Positions 1 through 9,180 are shown, counted from the stretch's first letter. The stretch is 64,000 bases of DNA from Candidatus Buchananbacteria bacterium (GCA_041665005.1 JBAYJR010000002.1:25120-89119); one strand, 5' to 3'. Numbers and translations are program-made. The notes: generated from the letters alone by a model not told the origin.

Positions 1-2415
1 TTGCCCAGCACCTTTAATCGAGAGTTGTTGTTGGTTACGGTGCCTCAGTATTTAATGGATAAAAACGAAAAAGAACAACCCAAAAATTTTAAAGAATTAA
101 TTGGGGTAGTGGAAAATTTTTATGCCAATTTGGGCGGACTAAAAGCGGCCGGTGGGTCAAAAGCTTTTTGGCACGGTCGGCATGATCATTTTTCTTTAGA
201 AATAGTAGTAGATAAAGAGGGTTTGATTAGTTTTTATATTTCTACTCCGCCAGAATTGCGACAATTTTTAGAACAGCAATTGCAAGCGCAATTTTCTAAT
301 GCCCAAATTGAAGAAGTGGCTGATTATAATATTTTTAATCCGAAGGGGGTAGTAGTGGCCGCGACTTTGGGTTTACAGCGTTCGCATATTTTTCCAATTT
401 TGACTTACGATAAAATTCAAAATGATCCTTTAAACGCTTTAACTAATTCTTTAAGTAAATTAGGCGGAGAAGACACGGCCGCGATTCAGATTATTGCGCG
501 GTCGGCGCATAAAAGCTGGCACAAGTTAAGTTACAAGGTTGCTTCGGAAATGCAACAAGGCAAAAAATTATCGGCGGCGGTCAGTGCGGCTCAAAAAAGT
601 GATTTAGCCAAATCTTTAGGCAAACTTTGGCAAGATTTTTTTCCGGCCAAAAAGGATTCCAGCCCTAAAGATTCTTATCGGCTCTCGCCGTTAGAAGAAG
701 AAATGGTTAAATTGATTGAGGAAAAAACTTCGCGGGCGGGTTTTGATGTTAATATTCGTTTATTGGCTTCGGCCCCGACGGCAGAAAAGGCAGAGATGAT
801 TTTACACAACCTGGCTAATGCTTTTTCGCAATTTGCCGGCTATCAATATGGCAACGGTTTTAAGGTAGTTATTCGGGGCACCAACAAAGGGGTAATTCGC
901 GATTTTATTTATCGTAATTTTGATCAACAAAATCAGTTTATATTAAATGCCGCCGAATTAGCCGGTTTATACCATTTTCCCTTACCTTCCACTACTACGC
1001 CCAACATTCGTTGGCTAAAGGCTAGAACCTTGGCTCCACCGCAAAATTTACCAACTGAAGGGATTATTTTAGGTGATAATTATTATCGGGGAGTTAAAAC
1101 AGAAATTCGGATGAAATTATCTGACCGGCGTCGCCATATGTATGTCATCGGCGGTACGGGTACGGGTAAATCTACTTTAATGGAAGAAATGATTAAACAG
1201 GATATTGCGGCCGGAGAGGGAGTTTGTGTAATTGATCCTCACGGCACTTTGATTGATCATATTTTGCCTTGCGTGCCCAAAGAACGGTTTGAAGATATTA
1301 TTTTATTTGATGCTTCAGATACCGAGTGGCCAATTGGCTTAAATATGCTAGAAGGAGATTCGCCGCAAGAAATGGATTACGTTAGTCAAGAAATGATTGC
1401 GATTTTTTATAAATTAGTCACTGATCCCTCCATGATTGGTCCGATTTTTGAACATAACATGCGTAATGTAATGTTTACTTTAATGTCAGATAAGGAAGAT
1501 CCTGGCACGATTGCCGATATTCCGCGGATGTTTACCGATCCGGTTTTTCAAAAATATAAATTAACCAAAGTGACCGACCCGATGGTACGAGCTTTTTGGG
1601 AAAAAGAAATGGCCAAAACTTCAGATTTTCATAAATCAGAAACTTTGGGTTACTTAATTTCCAAAGTCGGCCGGTTTGTGGAAAACACCATGATGCGTAA
1701 TATTATCGGTCAGCAAAAATCCGGTTTTAATTTTAGAGAAGTAATGGATCAAAAAAAGGTCTTGTTGGTTAACTTAGCTAAGGGGGTGACCGGAGAAATT
1801 AATAGTCAGTTGTTGGGTCTGATTATTATGTCAAAATTACAGATGGCAGCTTTGTCGCGGGCCAATGTACCCGAAGAAGAACGTTATGACTTTTTTTGTT
1901 ATATTGATGAGTTTCAAAATTTTATTACAGATTCCATTTCGGTTATTTTGGCCGAAGCTAGAAAGTATCGCTTAGATATGATTATGGCCCACCAATATAT
2001 TGGTCAATTATTTGGCGGAACTAATGTTGAAGGCAAGGCCGGTTCCAACAAAGTTAAAGACGCAATTTTTGGCAATGTTGGTACTTTGATTGCTTATCGT
2101 ATTGGTGTGGACGATTCGGAAATTATTGCCAAGCAAATGGCGCCGGTGGTTAATGAATATGATTTATTAAATTTACCAATGTACACTTCATATATTCGTT
2201 TATTGATTGATAATGCTGGGGCGCCGCCGTTTAATATGACTCATCGTCCGCCCAGTCCCGGCCGGCCCGAAACGGTTGTCGCTCTTAGAGAATTATCGCG
2301 CTTGAAATATGGTCAGCCTCGTGCTATTATAGAACAAGAAATTTTGCGTCGTTCGCAATTAGGCGAAGTGGCCAAAGAAGCGGCCGATATTGGTCGGGCC
2401 GAACCAACTTTATAA
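1..2415 (+). CDS. VirB4/TraD/HerA-like ATPase (type IV secretion system DNA-binding domain protein, CPR type); probably 5'-truncated by the window
   Basis: Walker A GGTGTGKS, IDPHG, Walker B YIDEFQNF, EARKYRL..AHQ. Confidence 0.85.
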   Translation: MPSTFNRELLLVTVPQYLMDKNEKEQPKNFKELIGVVENFYANLGGLKAAGGSKAFWHGRHDHFSLEIVVDKEGLISFYISTPPELRQFLEQQLQAQFSNAQIEEVADYNIFNPKGVVVAATLGLQRSHIFPILTYDKIQNDPLNALTNSLSKLGGEDTAAIQIIARSAHKSWHKLSYKVASEMQQGKKLSAAVSAAQKSDLAKSLGKLWQDFFPAKKDSSPKDSYRLSPLEEEMVKLIEEKTSRAGFDVNIRLLASAPTAEKAEMILHNLANAFSQFAGYQYGNGFKVVIRGTNKGVIRDFIYRNFDQQNQFILNAAELAGLYHFPLPSTTTPNIRWLKARTLAPPQNLPTEGIILGDNYYRGVKTEIRMKLSDRRRHMYVIGGTGTGKSTLMEEMIKQDIAAGEGVCVIDPHGTLIDHILPCVPKERFEDIILFDASDTEWPIGLNMLEGDSPQEMDYVSQEMIAIFYKLVTDPSMIGPIFEHNMRNVMFTLMSDKEDPGTIADIPRMFTDPVFQKYKLTKVTDPMVRAFWEKEMAKTSDFHKSETLGYLISKVGRFVENTMMRNIIGQQKSGFNFREVMDQKKVLLVNLAKGVTGEINSQLLGLIIMSKLQMAALSRANVPEEERYDFFCYIDEFQNFITDSISVILAEARKYRLDMIMAHQYIGQLFGGTNVEGKAGSNKVKDAIFGNVGTLIAYRIGVDDSEIIAKQMAPVVNEYDLLNLPMYTSYIRLLIDNAGAPPFNMTHRPPSPGRPETVVALRELSRLKYGQPRAIIEQEILRRSQLGEVAKEAADIGRAEPTL

Positions 2416-2419
2416 TTTT

Positions 2420-2629
2420 ATGATAAATACAAACAAGGAAAGTGAGCCAGTAGTTTTAGAGGAATATCCGGTGGTTTTTGGTTCCGATGGTAAGCCAGGC
2501 TTTCCGGAAGGTATTAAAGTTAATCCTCAAGACTATGTTAGTGAGTTAGGCGCGGATGGCAAATGGCATTGGGTTAAAAAAGATGCTAAAATAGAACAAG
2601 AAATGGAAGTTTGGGATGTGGGTAATTAG
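2420..2629 (+). CDS. small hypothetical protein (69 aa)
   Basis: ATG at 2420, just after the upstream stop; no recognisable motif. Confidence 0.55.
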   Translation: MINTNKESEPVVLEEYPVVFGSDGKPGFPEGIKVNPQDYVSELGADGKWHWVKKDAKIEQEMEVWDVGN

Positions 2630-2668
2630 CATTTGGTCAAAAAATAAAATAACATAAAACAAAACAAA

Positions 2669-3256
2669 ATGAGTACCGACGATGATCAAAAAATGACCTC
2701 GGCTGATTCGGTTGTGGAACAACAAAAGAATCAGGCTTTAAAAAAGGTTTTATCCGATATTCGTGATAATATTGGTCAAGCTTTGTCGTTGTTGGATTCT
2801 GGTCAAGACGTGCCGGTTGAAAAATTAAAGGAATTATTGGGTAGCGGTAATAAATTGTCAGATAAAACTGAACCAGCCGAAGCGGCTAATGTAGTAGAAG
2901 GGGTTTTTGATGGCCAGCAGATGATTGGTTCTGACGGCAAACAGTATACGGTGCCGGCTAATTATGCTTCCAAATCTAAATTAGTAGAAGGAGATATTTT
3001 AAAATTGACCATTGCCAAAAATGGTTCTTTTATTTACAAACAAATTAGCCCGATCGTTCGGGAACGAGTAATTGGTACTATTGTTAAAGACGAAGATACC
3101 AGCAGTTTTTTTGTAGTTAATGACGAACGTAAATGGCGCGTCTTAACCGCTTCGGTAACTTATTTTAATGGGGACACCGGAGATGAAGCAGTAATTTTGG
3201 TGCCCAAAGAAGGCAAGAGCAAATGGGCGGCCATCGAAAATGTGATTAAGCAATAA
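2669..3256 (+). CDS. conserved CPR-type hypothetical protein
   Basis: EGVFDGQQM..DGKQYTVPANYASKSKLVEGDILKLTI motif, which I recognise from CPR genomes. Confidence 0.7.
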   Translation: MSTDDDQKMTSADSVVEQQKNQALKKVLSDIRDNIGQALSLLDSGQDVPVEKLKELLGSGNKLSDKTEPAEAANVVEGVFDGQQMIGSDGKQYTVPANYASKSKLVEGDILKLTIAKNGSFIYKQISPIVRERVIGTIVKDEDTSSFFVVNDERKWRVLTASVTYFNGDTGDEAVILVPKEGKSKWAAIENVIKQ

Positions 3257-3385
3257 ATGGGCGGAAAGTAGAAAGTTGTAAAGTTTAAAATCGTTATATC
3301 CCATTTTGGTGGGATTTTTAGTGTCTTGACAAATTAGATTATTTTTGTTAAGTTTAAAACAAATCTTAAAAAATGGAGGTGTAGT

Positions 3386-3712
3386 ATGGGTGATCAAATA
3401 AGCAGCCTTAGTTTGTTGAAAAGAATAAAAGAGAAGGTACTATTGCCAAGAGACTTCTTTAGTCTGTTTGGTCATGAATTCATTAGCAATAAGGCTATCT
3501 ATCAAGACGTAGATAGCTACGAACATAATGGCGTAATTCAGAGTTGTGAGTCCGAAAGCTCTAGTTTTAGTATAGAGTTTTTGGACGAAGCCACGCAGGA
3601 GGTTGTAGTATTCTCAGAATACTACGAGGCTGTGACGATGTGTATTTCTGGAACTGACTGGTTAACCGTTAAGAAGGGTAACGGTGCCAGGATGAAAATT
3701 TTATTAGCTTAA
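3386..3712 (+). CDS. orphan hypothetical protein (SD-cassette class)
   Basis: TTGACA-N17-TAAGTT at 3326-3354, GGAGGT before ATG, terminator after stop. Confidence 0.7.
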   Translation: MGDQISSLSLLKRIKEKVLLPRDFFSLFGHEFISNKAIYQDVDSYEHNGVIQSCESESSSFSIEFLDEATQEVVVFSEYYEAVTMCISGTDWLTVKKGNGARMKILLA

Positions 3713-3721
3713 TAATAATTC

Positions 3722-3752
3722 AAGGTAGACTTTTTATAAGTCTACCTTTTTT
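3722..3752 (+). terminator. intrinsic terminator
   Basis: AAGGTAGACTT-TTAT-AAGTCTACCTT followed by T-run. Confidence 0.75.
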
Positions 3753-3800
3753 ATAAAATAAAAAGCCCGCGTTATAAATTATACGCGGGTTTATGTTCTG

Positions 3801-3956
3801 TTACTGGATTGGGCAACAGTAGCACAAGATTAAAATTAACAATCCTATTAAAATGGTTATTGCGCCAACCACCATTAAAAAGCCTTTGAAGCCGGCGATG
3901 AATTTTTCTTTGGTTGTTTTTTCTCTTTCTGGAATCCACGAACTTGACATGCCCAT
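3801..3956 (-). CDS. 51-aa single-TM membrane protein, not in the ORF track (MGMSSSWIPEREKTTKEKFIAGFKGFLMVVGAITILIGLLILILCYCCPIQ)
   Basis: AGGAGG 8 nt before ATG, TTGACA-N17-TAAGTT promoter (4032-4004), hydrophobic helix, hairpin ~3762-3792 downstream. Confidence 0.7.
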   Translation of the reverse strand: MGMSSSWIPEREKTTKEKFIAGFKGFLMVVGAITILIGLLILILCYCCPIQ

Positions 3957-4272
3957 TTTTGATTCCTCCTAAAATTGTAAAATTTTGGTTATTATCCGTC
4001 CTTAACTTAACAAATCTTTGGTAATTTGTCAATAATAACTTGATCGGGTGGAGTTGATCGACTTTAAATAATAATCATTCTAATCAATTTGTCTGATAAG
4101 CGAGCAAAGGTAAAATCGGTAGTTTTTTAGTAGTCAGTTTGGCTGTGGATAAGGTGGTTTTAGCCTCTAAAATATTGGCCTTTTGTGATTCTTTGCGGGT
4201 CGGAGTTAAAAGTGGTAAAATATAGGTGAAAACAAACCTAAAAATCAATTGACCGGCTAAAGGGCTAATTTC

Positions 4273-5847
4273 ATGTCTAATACCTTATATCGTAAATATC
4301 GTCCGCAAACCTGGTCCGAAATGATCGGGCAAAATCACATTAAAGTGACCTTGCAGCACGAATTAGAAACCGATAAGTTGGCGCACGCTTACTTATTTTG
4401 TGGTCCGCGCGGATTGGGTAAAACCACCGCGGCCCGGTTGTTGGCTAAATCTTTAAATTGTACCAATCGCGGCCAAGGTAAAAGTGAACCTTGCAACGAA
4501 TGCAAGGCATGTCAGGAAATTATGGCCGGCCACGCCATTGATTTGATAGAAATTGATGCCGCTTCACAAACCGGAGTGGATAACGTGCGGGAAAATATTA
4601 TTCAAAATTCTCGCTTTACACCTAACGTTGGAAAATATAAAGTTTTTATCATTGACGAAGTGCATATGTTGTCCACTTCGTCTTTTAATGCCCTGTTAAA
4701 AACTTTAGAAGAACCTCCGGCCCATGCGATTTTTATTCTATGCACCACCGAGGTACATAAAATTCCCGAAACGATTATTTCTCGTTGTCAACGTTTTGAT
4801 TTTAAAAGAGTTAGCCAGGGTGATCTGGTTAAGTTGTTAGAAAAGATTTGTGTTCAGGAAAATCGTGAAGTGCAAACCTCGGTGCTACAAGAAATTGTCC
4901 GGCAGTCCGATGGTTGTGTACGCGACGCCGAAACTTTACTCGGTAAAATTTTATCACTAGAAGGAAAAATTACCAAAGAGGTGGCGGAAATAATTTTACC
5001 GCATTCAGATTTTAATTTAGTCATAGAATTGTTGCAAAATTTAACGGCCAACCAAACCGTGCCCGCTTTATTTTTAGTTAATCGTTTAGTGGAAGAAGGT
5101 TTAGATCTGACTAGTTTTGCTCAAGATGTTATTGAAATTTTACGTAAAATTTTACTAATTAAAAATAGTGGAGAGTTAGGAGATTTGGCTGGTGAGTTTG
5201 ATCCCGAAACCGAAAAAGAATTAGTAAAAATTTCAGATATTTTAACTTTAGGACAAATCGTGGAATGGTTGAATATTTTTATTAATTTAAAACAAGAATT
5301 ACGTTATAGTCAAATTGCGCAATTGCCCTTAGAGTTAGCCGTAGTTAAGCTGACTTCTGGGGTAACCGAACCAAACAAAGCAATTACTCCCGTAGCCAGT
5401 AAGCCGGCTGAGATTAAAAAAAAGACTAATCCGGAACCGGCTAAAGCCACCCCGGAGCCAGTTTTGAGTGAAGAGGTTGAAGTCACTAAAGGCGCGAAAG
5501 CCAAACTTTGTTTAGCGACCATCAAGGAAGAGTGGCTTAATTTGTTAAATAATATTTTAGAGCGCAATTATCCTTTGGCCGCCTTGCTAAAAACTTCTGA
5601 GCCGTTAAAATTTAGTGATAATTGTTTAGAAGTGGGGATAAAGTATCAATTTTACGCTGATCGCTTGCATGATCGCAAGCATCAACAAATTTTAAATGAG
5701 GCCACTAAAGCAGTTTTTGGCTCCGCTATCAACTTTAGAGGGATAATTAAGGCCGAAATTACTCCTTATGGTCAAGAGGAGGTGCGACCAGTTGATAATT
5801 TAGCCAGCCAAGTATTAGAAGTAATGGGCGGGGAAGTAGTAGAATAA
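4273..5847 (+). CDS. dnaX: DNA polymerase III subunit gamma/tau
   Basis: LYRKYRPQ, GPRGLGKTT, Zn-binding Cys residues, IIDEVHML, SRCQ, C-terminal tau-type domain. Confidence 0.97.
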   Translation: MSNTLYRKYRPQTWSEMIGQNHIKVTLQHELETDKLAHAYLFCGPRGLGKTTAARLLAKSLNCTNRGQGKSEPCNECKACQEIMAGHAIDLIEIDAASQTGVDNVRENIIQNSRFTPNVGKYKVFIIDEVHMLSTSSFNALLKTLEEPPAHAIFILCTTEVHKIPETIISRCQRFDFKRVSQGDLVKLLEKICVQENREVQTSVLQEIVRQSDGCVRDAETLLGKILSLEGKITKEVAEIILPHSDFNLVIELLQNLTANQTVPALFLVNRLVEEGLDLTSFAQDVIEILRKILLIKNSGELGDLAGEFDPETEKELVKISDILTLGQIVEWLNIFINLKQELRYSQIAQLPLELAVVKLTSGVTEPNKAITPVASKPAEIKKKTNPEPAKATPEPVLSEEVEVTKGAKAKLCLATIKEEWLNLLNNILERNYPLAALLKTSEPLKFSDNCLEVGIKYQFYADRLHDRKHQQILNEATKAVFGSAINFRGIIKAEITPYGQEEVRPVDNLASQVLEVMGGEVVE

Positions 5848-5868
5848 AAAAAGACCCAAAGGGGTCTT

Positions 5869-6162
5869 TTATGGTTTTGCTTTTTCGGTTACGGTCACTT
5901 CGGAGACCATTTTTATTAGTAGGCCTCGCTTAACCGCACCAGTCATGTCTTTACGAAAAGTAGGCAAGAGTTTCTTTCTAAAACTCTCTATCTCTTCTCG
6001 TGTAAACTTTTTAAAGTAATGAGTTGTTTTTCCGCAACTTATTCTTTCTTCTACAGTTTTTAGACAAGCGGTATTTAAAACGCAGGACCAATAAATCGCT
6101 TGACCATTTTGGTCTTGCCCTAATTCTGGCATTGGGACAAAATATGGACAGTTTTCTGCCAT
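5869..6162 (-). CDS. orphan Cys-containing hypothetical protein (SD-cassette class)
   Basis: AGGAGG SD, TTGACA-N17-TAAGCT (6221-6193), shares the hairpin at 5848-5870 with dnaX. Confidence 0.65.
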   Translation of the reverse strand: MAENCPYFVPMPELGQDQNGQAIYWSCVLNTACLKTVEERISCGKTTHYFKKFTREEIESFRKKLLPTFRKDMTGAVKRGLLIKMVSEVTVTEKAKP

Positions 6163-6326
6163 AATAGCCTCCTTTTTAGATGATGTGTTTATAGCTTAGT
6201 CCTATTAAAAGCGCTTGTCAAGACCAAAAAAAGGTGATAGAATATAGCATTATTTGATTGATCGTTTAATAATTTATCTTTTGCTTAGCTGGCCAGCTTA
6301 TTTGCTTAAATGCTAATTTGCTTATT

Positions 6327-6349
6327 TTTATTGGGAGATCGTCTAATGG
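6327..6349 (+). repeat. duplicated 5' end of tRNA-Gln (23-bp direct repeat with 6657-6679)
   Basis: TTTATTGGGAGATCGTCTAATGG occurs twice, flanking the GIY-YIG gene. Confidence 0.9.
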
Positions 6350-6400
6350 GAGTCGCCTCATCGGCGACCCGCCGAAAAGGCGGGGACAAATTAAATAATT

Positions 6401-6655
6401 ATGTGGTACGTTTACGTTTTACAAAGTTTAAAAAATAAGCGATTATATACAGGATTAACTGGTGATTTAAAAAGAAGATTTGGTGAACATAACGCAAAGC
6501 AGGGTGGAAAGTATACTAGCAAAGTAGCTCCATTTAAGCTAATATATTATGAGGCTTATTTAAATAAGCCTGATGCCAGTGCCGCGGAGAAGTTTTATAA
6601 AAGCGGATACGGCAGAGAAGTGTTTAAAGAGAAGGTAAAAAGTTATCTAAATTAA
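6401..6655 (+). CDS. small GIY-YIG nuclease family protein (UPF0213-like)
   Basis: YVYVLQS....LYTGLT.DLKRR..EHN, LIYYEAY, EKFYKSG.GR. Confidence 0.92.
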   Translation: MWYVYVLQSLKNKRLYTGLTGDLKRRFGEHNAKQGGKYTSKVAPFKLIYYEAYLNKPDASAAEKFYKSGYGREVFKEKVKSYLN

Positions 6656-6661
6656 ATTTAT

Positions 6662-6735
6662 TGGGAGATCGTCTAATGGTAGGACGCCGCGCTCTGGACG
6701 CGGTAATTCTGGTTCGACTCCAGGTCTCCCAGCCA
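6662..6735 (+). tRNA. tRNA-Gln (anticodon CTG), CCA encoded
   Basis: acceptor stem TGGGAGA/TCTCCCA, anticodon arm CCGCG-CT-CTG-GA-CGCGG, T-loop GGTTCGACTCC. Confidence 0.97.
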
Positions 6736-6760
6736 ATAGTCTAGAATGTTTTTTATTAAT

Positions 6761-7231
6761 ATGATTAATCAACAACAACTTTGCGAATTTTTAGTTAAAG
6801 CGAAAAAAGTCACTTACGCGGCTGGGGCCGGAGCGCAAACTATAAACGAAAGTGACAAATCAAAAACTTTAAATTTTACGGAAGGCGATTGGCACTATCA
6901 GGATAATTATTTTGGTGGCGAACCGTTCGGTGGTCGGGAAGTAGTATTTTTTAAAAATCAGCCAGTGTATTTAATGGTTTATTATGGTCGGGTCGAAGAG
7001 GTAGTTACAGATTTTGAACCAGTCTATCAGATTTTACGCCAAGCCTTGTCTTTAATACCAGACGCTCAGCCGTTTCGTGGGCCGGCGCAATATCAAACTG
7101 GCGATTATGTTTATATTAATAATTATCAGGGTGAAGTGGATAATTTTTTTGGTGAGGAAAAAATTAGTTATCAGGGAGCGGTAGTTTATCAAGCCCGCTA
7201 CGCCGGCGGCTTAGTTGACCAGAAAAAATAA
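6761..7231 (+). CDS. DUF5680-like protein
   Basis: FLVKAK..TYA, Y.DNYFGGEPFGGREVV, PFRGP..Y, F.GEEKI motifs. Confidence 0.75.
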   Translation: MINQQQLCEFLVKAKKVTYAAGAGAQTINESDKSKTLNFTEGDWHYQDNYFGGEPFGGREVVFFKNQPVYLMVYYGRVEEVVTDFEPVYQILRQALSLIPDAQPFRGPAQYQTGDYVYINNYQGEVDNFFGEEKISYQGAVVYQARYAGGLVDQKK

Positions 7232-7240
7232 TTTTTTATG
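7189..7240 (+). repeat. left 52-bp direct repeat of the genomic island
   Basis: 50/52 identical to 13235-13286. Confidence 0.92.
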
Positions 7241-7860
7241 ACGAAAGCAGTATTTCAAAAAATAATTAAAGATTCTAAGCAGGAAGTAAAAAGGCTTGCT
7301 AATGAAAATGGCTGGTCATGGTTTTATAATATGCACCAAAAGGAAGTAATAAAATATGCTGAAAAGCTATTAAATAAATATAAAAAAGCAGATAAAGAAA
7401 TAGTTTTAATTTCCTGTTGGTTGCACGATATTGCACACTATTATGCCAAAGATGGCAAGGGAATTTTAAAAGTTAAAAAGTCGCATCATATTAACGGCGC
7501 TAAAATTGCGGAGCAATTGTTAAAAAAATACAATTTAGACAAGGAGGAAATTAGTAAGGTTAAAAATTGCATTTTAAAACATCGGAACTGTCAGCCGTAT
7601 TTAGCAGAAACGTTGGAAGAAAAAATTGTAGTGGCCGCTGATACTTTGTCTCATTTCGGTAGTATCTTTTACTTTACATATTTTAAATTTCATCCCGGTC
7701 ATTCTCTAGAAAGAATGGTAAAAGATGATTTAAAAAAATAGCGAGAGATTGGCGTGACCTGCAAATTTTACCCGAAGCAAAAAAGATGGTTGAGACAGAA
7801 TATCAGACTATAAAAAGGTTGTTAGAGAATTATAATAAAAATGGGGCTAATTTAAACTAA
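7238..7860 (+). pseudogene. HD-domain metal-dependent phosphohydrolase with a frameshift in an A7 run (~7732-7738)
   Basis: H..WLHDI..HH..H..AD motifs; frame 0 stops at 7741, while the -1 frame continues IARDWRDLQILPEAKKMVETEY..., matching the tail of the paralog at 13284. Confidence 0.7.
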
Positions 7861-8022
7861 CGTCGTTAAGCGATCTCCATTAAGGTAATAGATTAGCAGT
7901 TGACTATTTATAGTTGTTGTCGCTTCAAGAGAGATCTTTGTTTTTGGACATAAATAAACTACTATGTTAATATTCTATCGTTACCTGAATAGTCGTTAAT
8001 TTGGCAAAATAAATATAATATT

Positions 8023-8970
8023 ATGAATACAAAAAAAATTTATGAGCTTATCGTTTTGGCTGGCATACAAGCAGATTTGCGCGGCAGTAAAAGAGTAAAA
8101 CAACACCTAAACAGGCTTAATGAAAAATATAAAAAGTTGTCTACCAAAGAAAAGATGGAGTTTGACAAGGAGAGTCTTAGTAATCCATACACAGATTCCC
8201 GTATTTTAAACACCAATGGCAGGGAAATAAAAAGAATTATGGCTGGAATCGATATTGATGGCTCCGAACTTCTTTTGGCTAAACACATAGGTGGCGTTGA
8301 TTTGGTTGTGGCACATCATCCTCAGGGCTTAGCCTTGGCGGGACTACATGAAGTCATGTTAATGCAAGCAGAAATATTAGCCGACTACGGCATCCCTATT
8401 AATATAGCGCAGTCACTTATAAAATTACGTATTTCTGAGGTTAGTCGTAGTTTGTCGCCGGCCAATCATAGTCGTAGCGTAGATTTTGCTAAAATTCTTG
8501 GGCTCGATTTTATGTGCGTTCATACTCCGGCGGATAATTTAGCCGCTAGTTTTTTAGTAAAGTTGTATGAAAAGAAAAAAAATAGTCTAGAAACTGTTGA
8601 AGATTTAATTGATCTCTTGAAGACGATACCAGAATATAGTAATGCGGTGAAAATAAAGAACGGCCCCAAAATTTTTGTTGGGTTACCTGAAAATTATTTA
8701 GGCAAGGTGGTTTTTACGGAAATCACTGGTGGCACTTCTGGATCAAAAGATATTTATGAAAAAATGTCTCATTATGGAATAGGCACTATAGTTGGCATGC
8801 ACATGAGTGACGAACATCGTCAGGAGGCAGAAAAATACCATATTAACGTAGTTATTGCGGGCCATATGTCTTCCGATTCTTTGGGTATGAATTTGTTTTT
8901 GGATAAAATAGAAAAAAGAGGAGTAGAAATAATCCCTGTTTCTGGTTTTATAAGAGTTAAAAGATTTTAA
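8023..8970 (+). CDS. Nif3-like dinuclear metal-centre protein (CPR type)
   Basis: GIDID, AHHP, HTPADN, GMH, AGHMSSDSLG. Confidence 0.88.
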   Translation: MNTKKIYELIVLAGIQADLRGSKRVKQHLNRLNEKYKKLSTKEKMEFDKESLSNPYTDSRILNTNGREIKRIMAGIDIDGSELLLAKHIGGVDLVVAHHPQGLALAGLHEVMLMQAEILADYGIPINIAQSLIKLRISEVSRSLSPANHSRSVDFAKILGLDFMCVHTPADNLAASFLVKLYEKKKNSLETVEDLIDLLKTIPEYSNAVKIKNGPKIFVGLPENYLGKVVFTEITGGTSGSKDIYEKMSHYGIGTIVGMHMSDEHRQEAEKYHINVVIAGHMSSDSLGMNLFLDKIEKRGVEIIPVSGFIRVKRF

Positions 8971-9012
8971 AAATTGTGCCTAAAGATTCATTTTTGTTGT
9001 ATTTTAGTAAAT

Positions 9013-9040
9013 TTGACGTTTTTTGTAAGAAGAGTATACT
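9013..9040 (+). promoter_or_regulatory. sigma70-type promoter for the peptide/radical SAM operon
   Basis: TTGACG-N16-TATACT, ~32 nt upstream of the peptide ATG. Confidence 0.6.
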
Positions 9041-9072
9041 AATAATAGCTAAGTTATATCTAATTTATAACT

Positions 9073-9177
9073 ATGAAAAAAATTAAGAAAAAGAGTTTGA
9101 CTCAGGGGACTGTTGAATTAGTAAAATTGGCATGGATTAAAGGTAAAAAGTTCAAACAGTCAATGGTTTGCAATTAA
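9073..9177 (+). CDS. putative RiPP precursor peptide, 34 aa (MKKIKKKSLTQGTVELVKLAWIKGKKFKQSMVCN), not in the ORF track
   Basis: short ORF between a promoter and a hairpin, directly ahead of the methyltransferase/radical SAM genes. Confidence 0.75.
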   Translation: MKKIKKKSLTQGTVELVKLAWIKGKKFKQSMVCN

Positions 9178-9180
9178 AAT

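Noticed and set aside
3772-4032. 86-aa minus-strand ORF from the track
   Set aside because: Its TTG start is the -35 box; the SD-supported ORF is 3801-3956 in another frame
6332-6400. Second tRNA or tRNA intron
   Set aside because: Only 18 nt of tRNA are present, and the downstream copy is complete by itself
7861-7940. Possible riboswitch upstream of Nif3
   Set aside because: Only short, weak complementarities and no recognisable aptamer consensus
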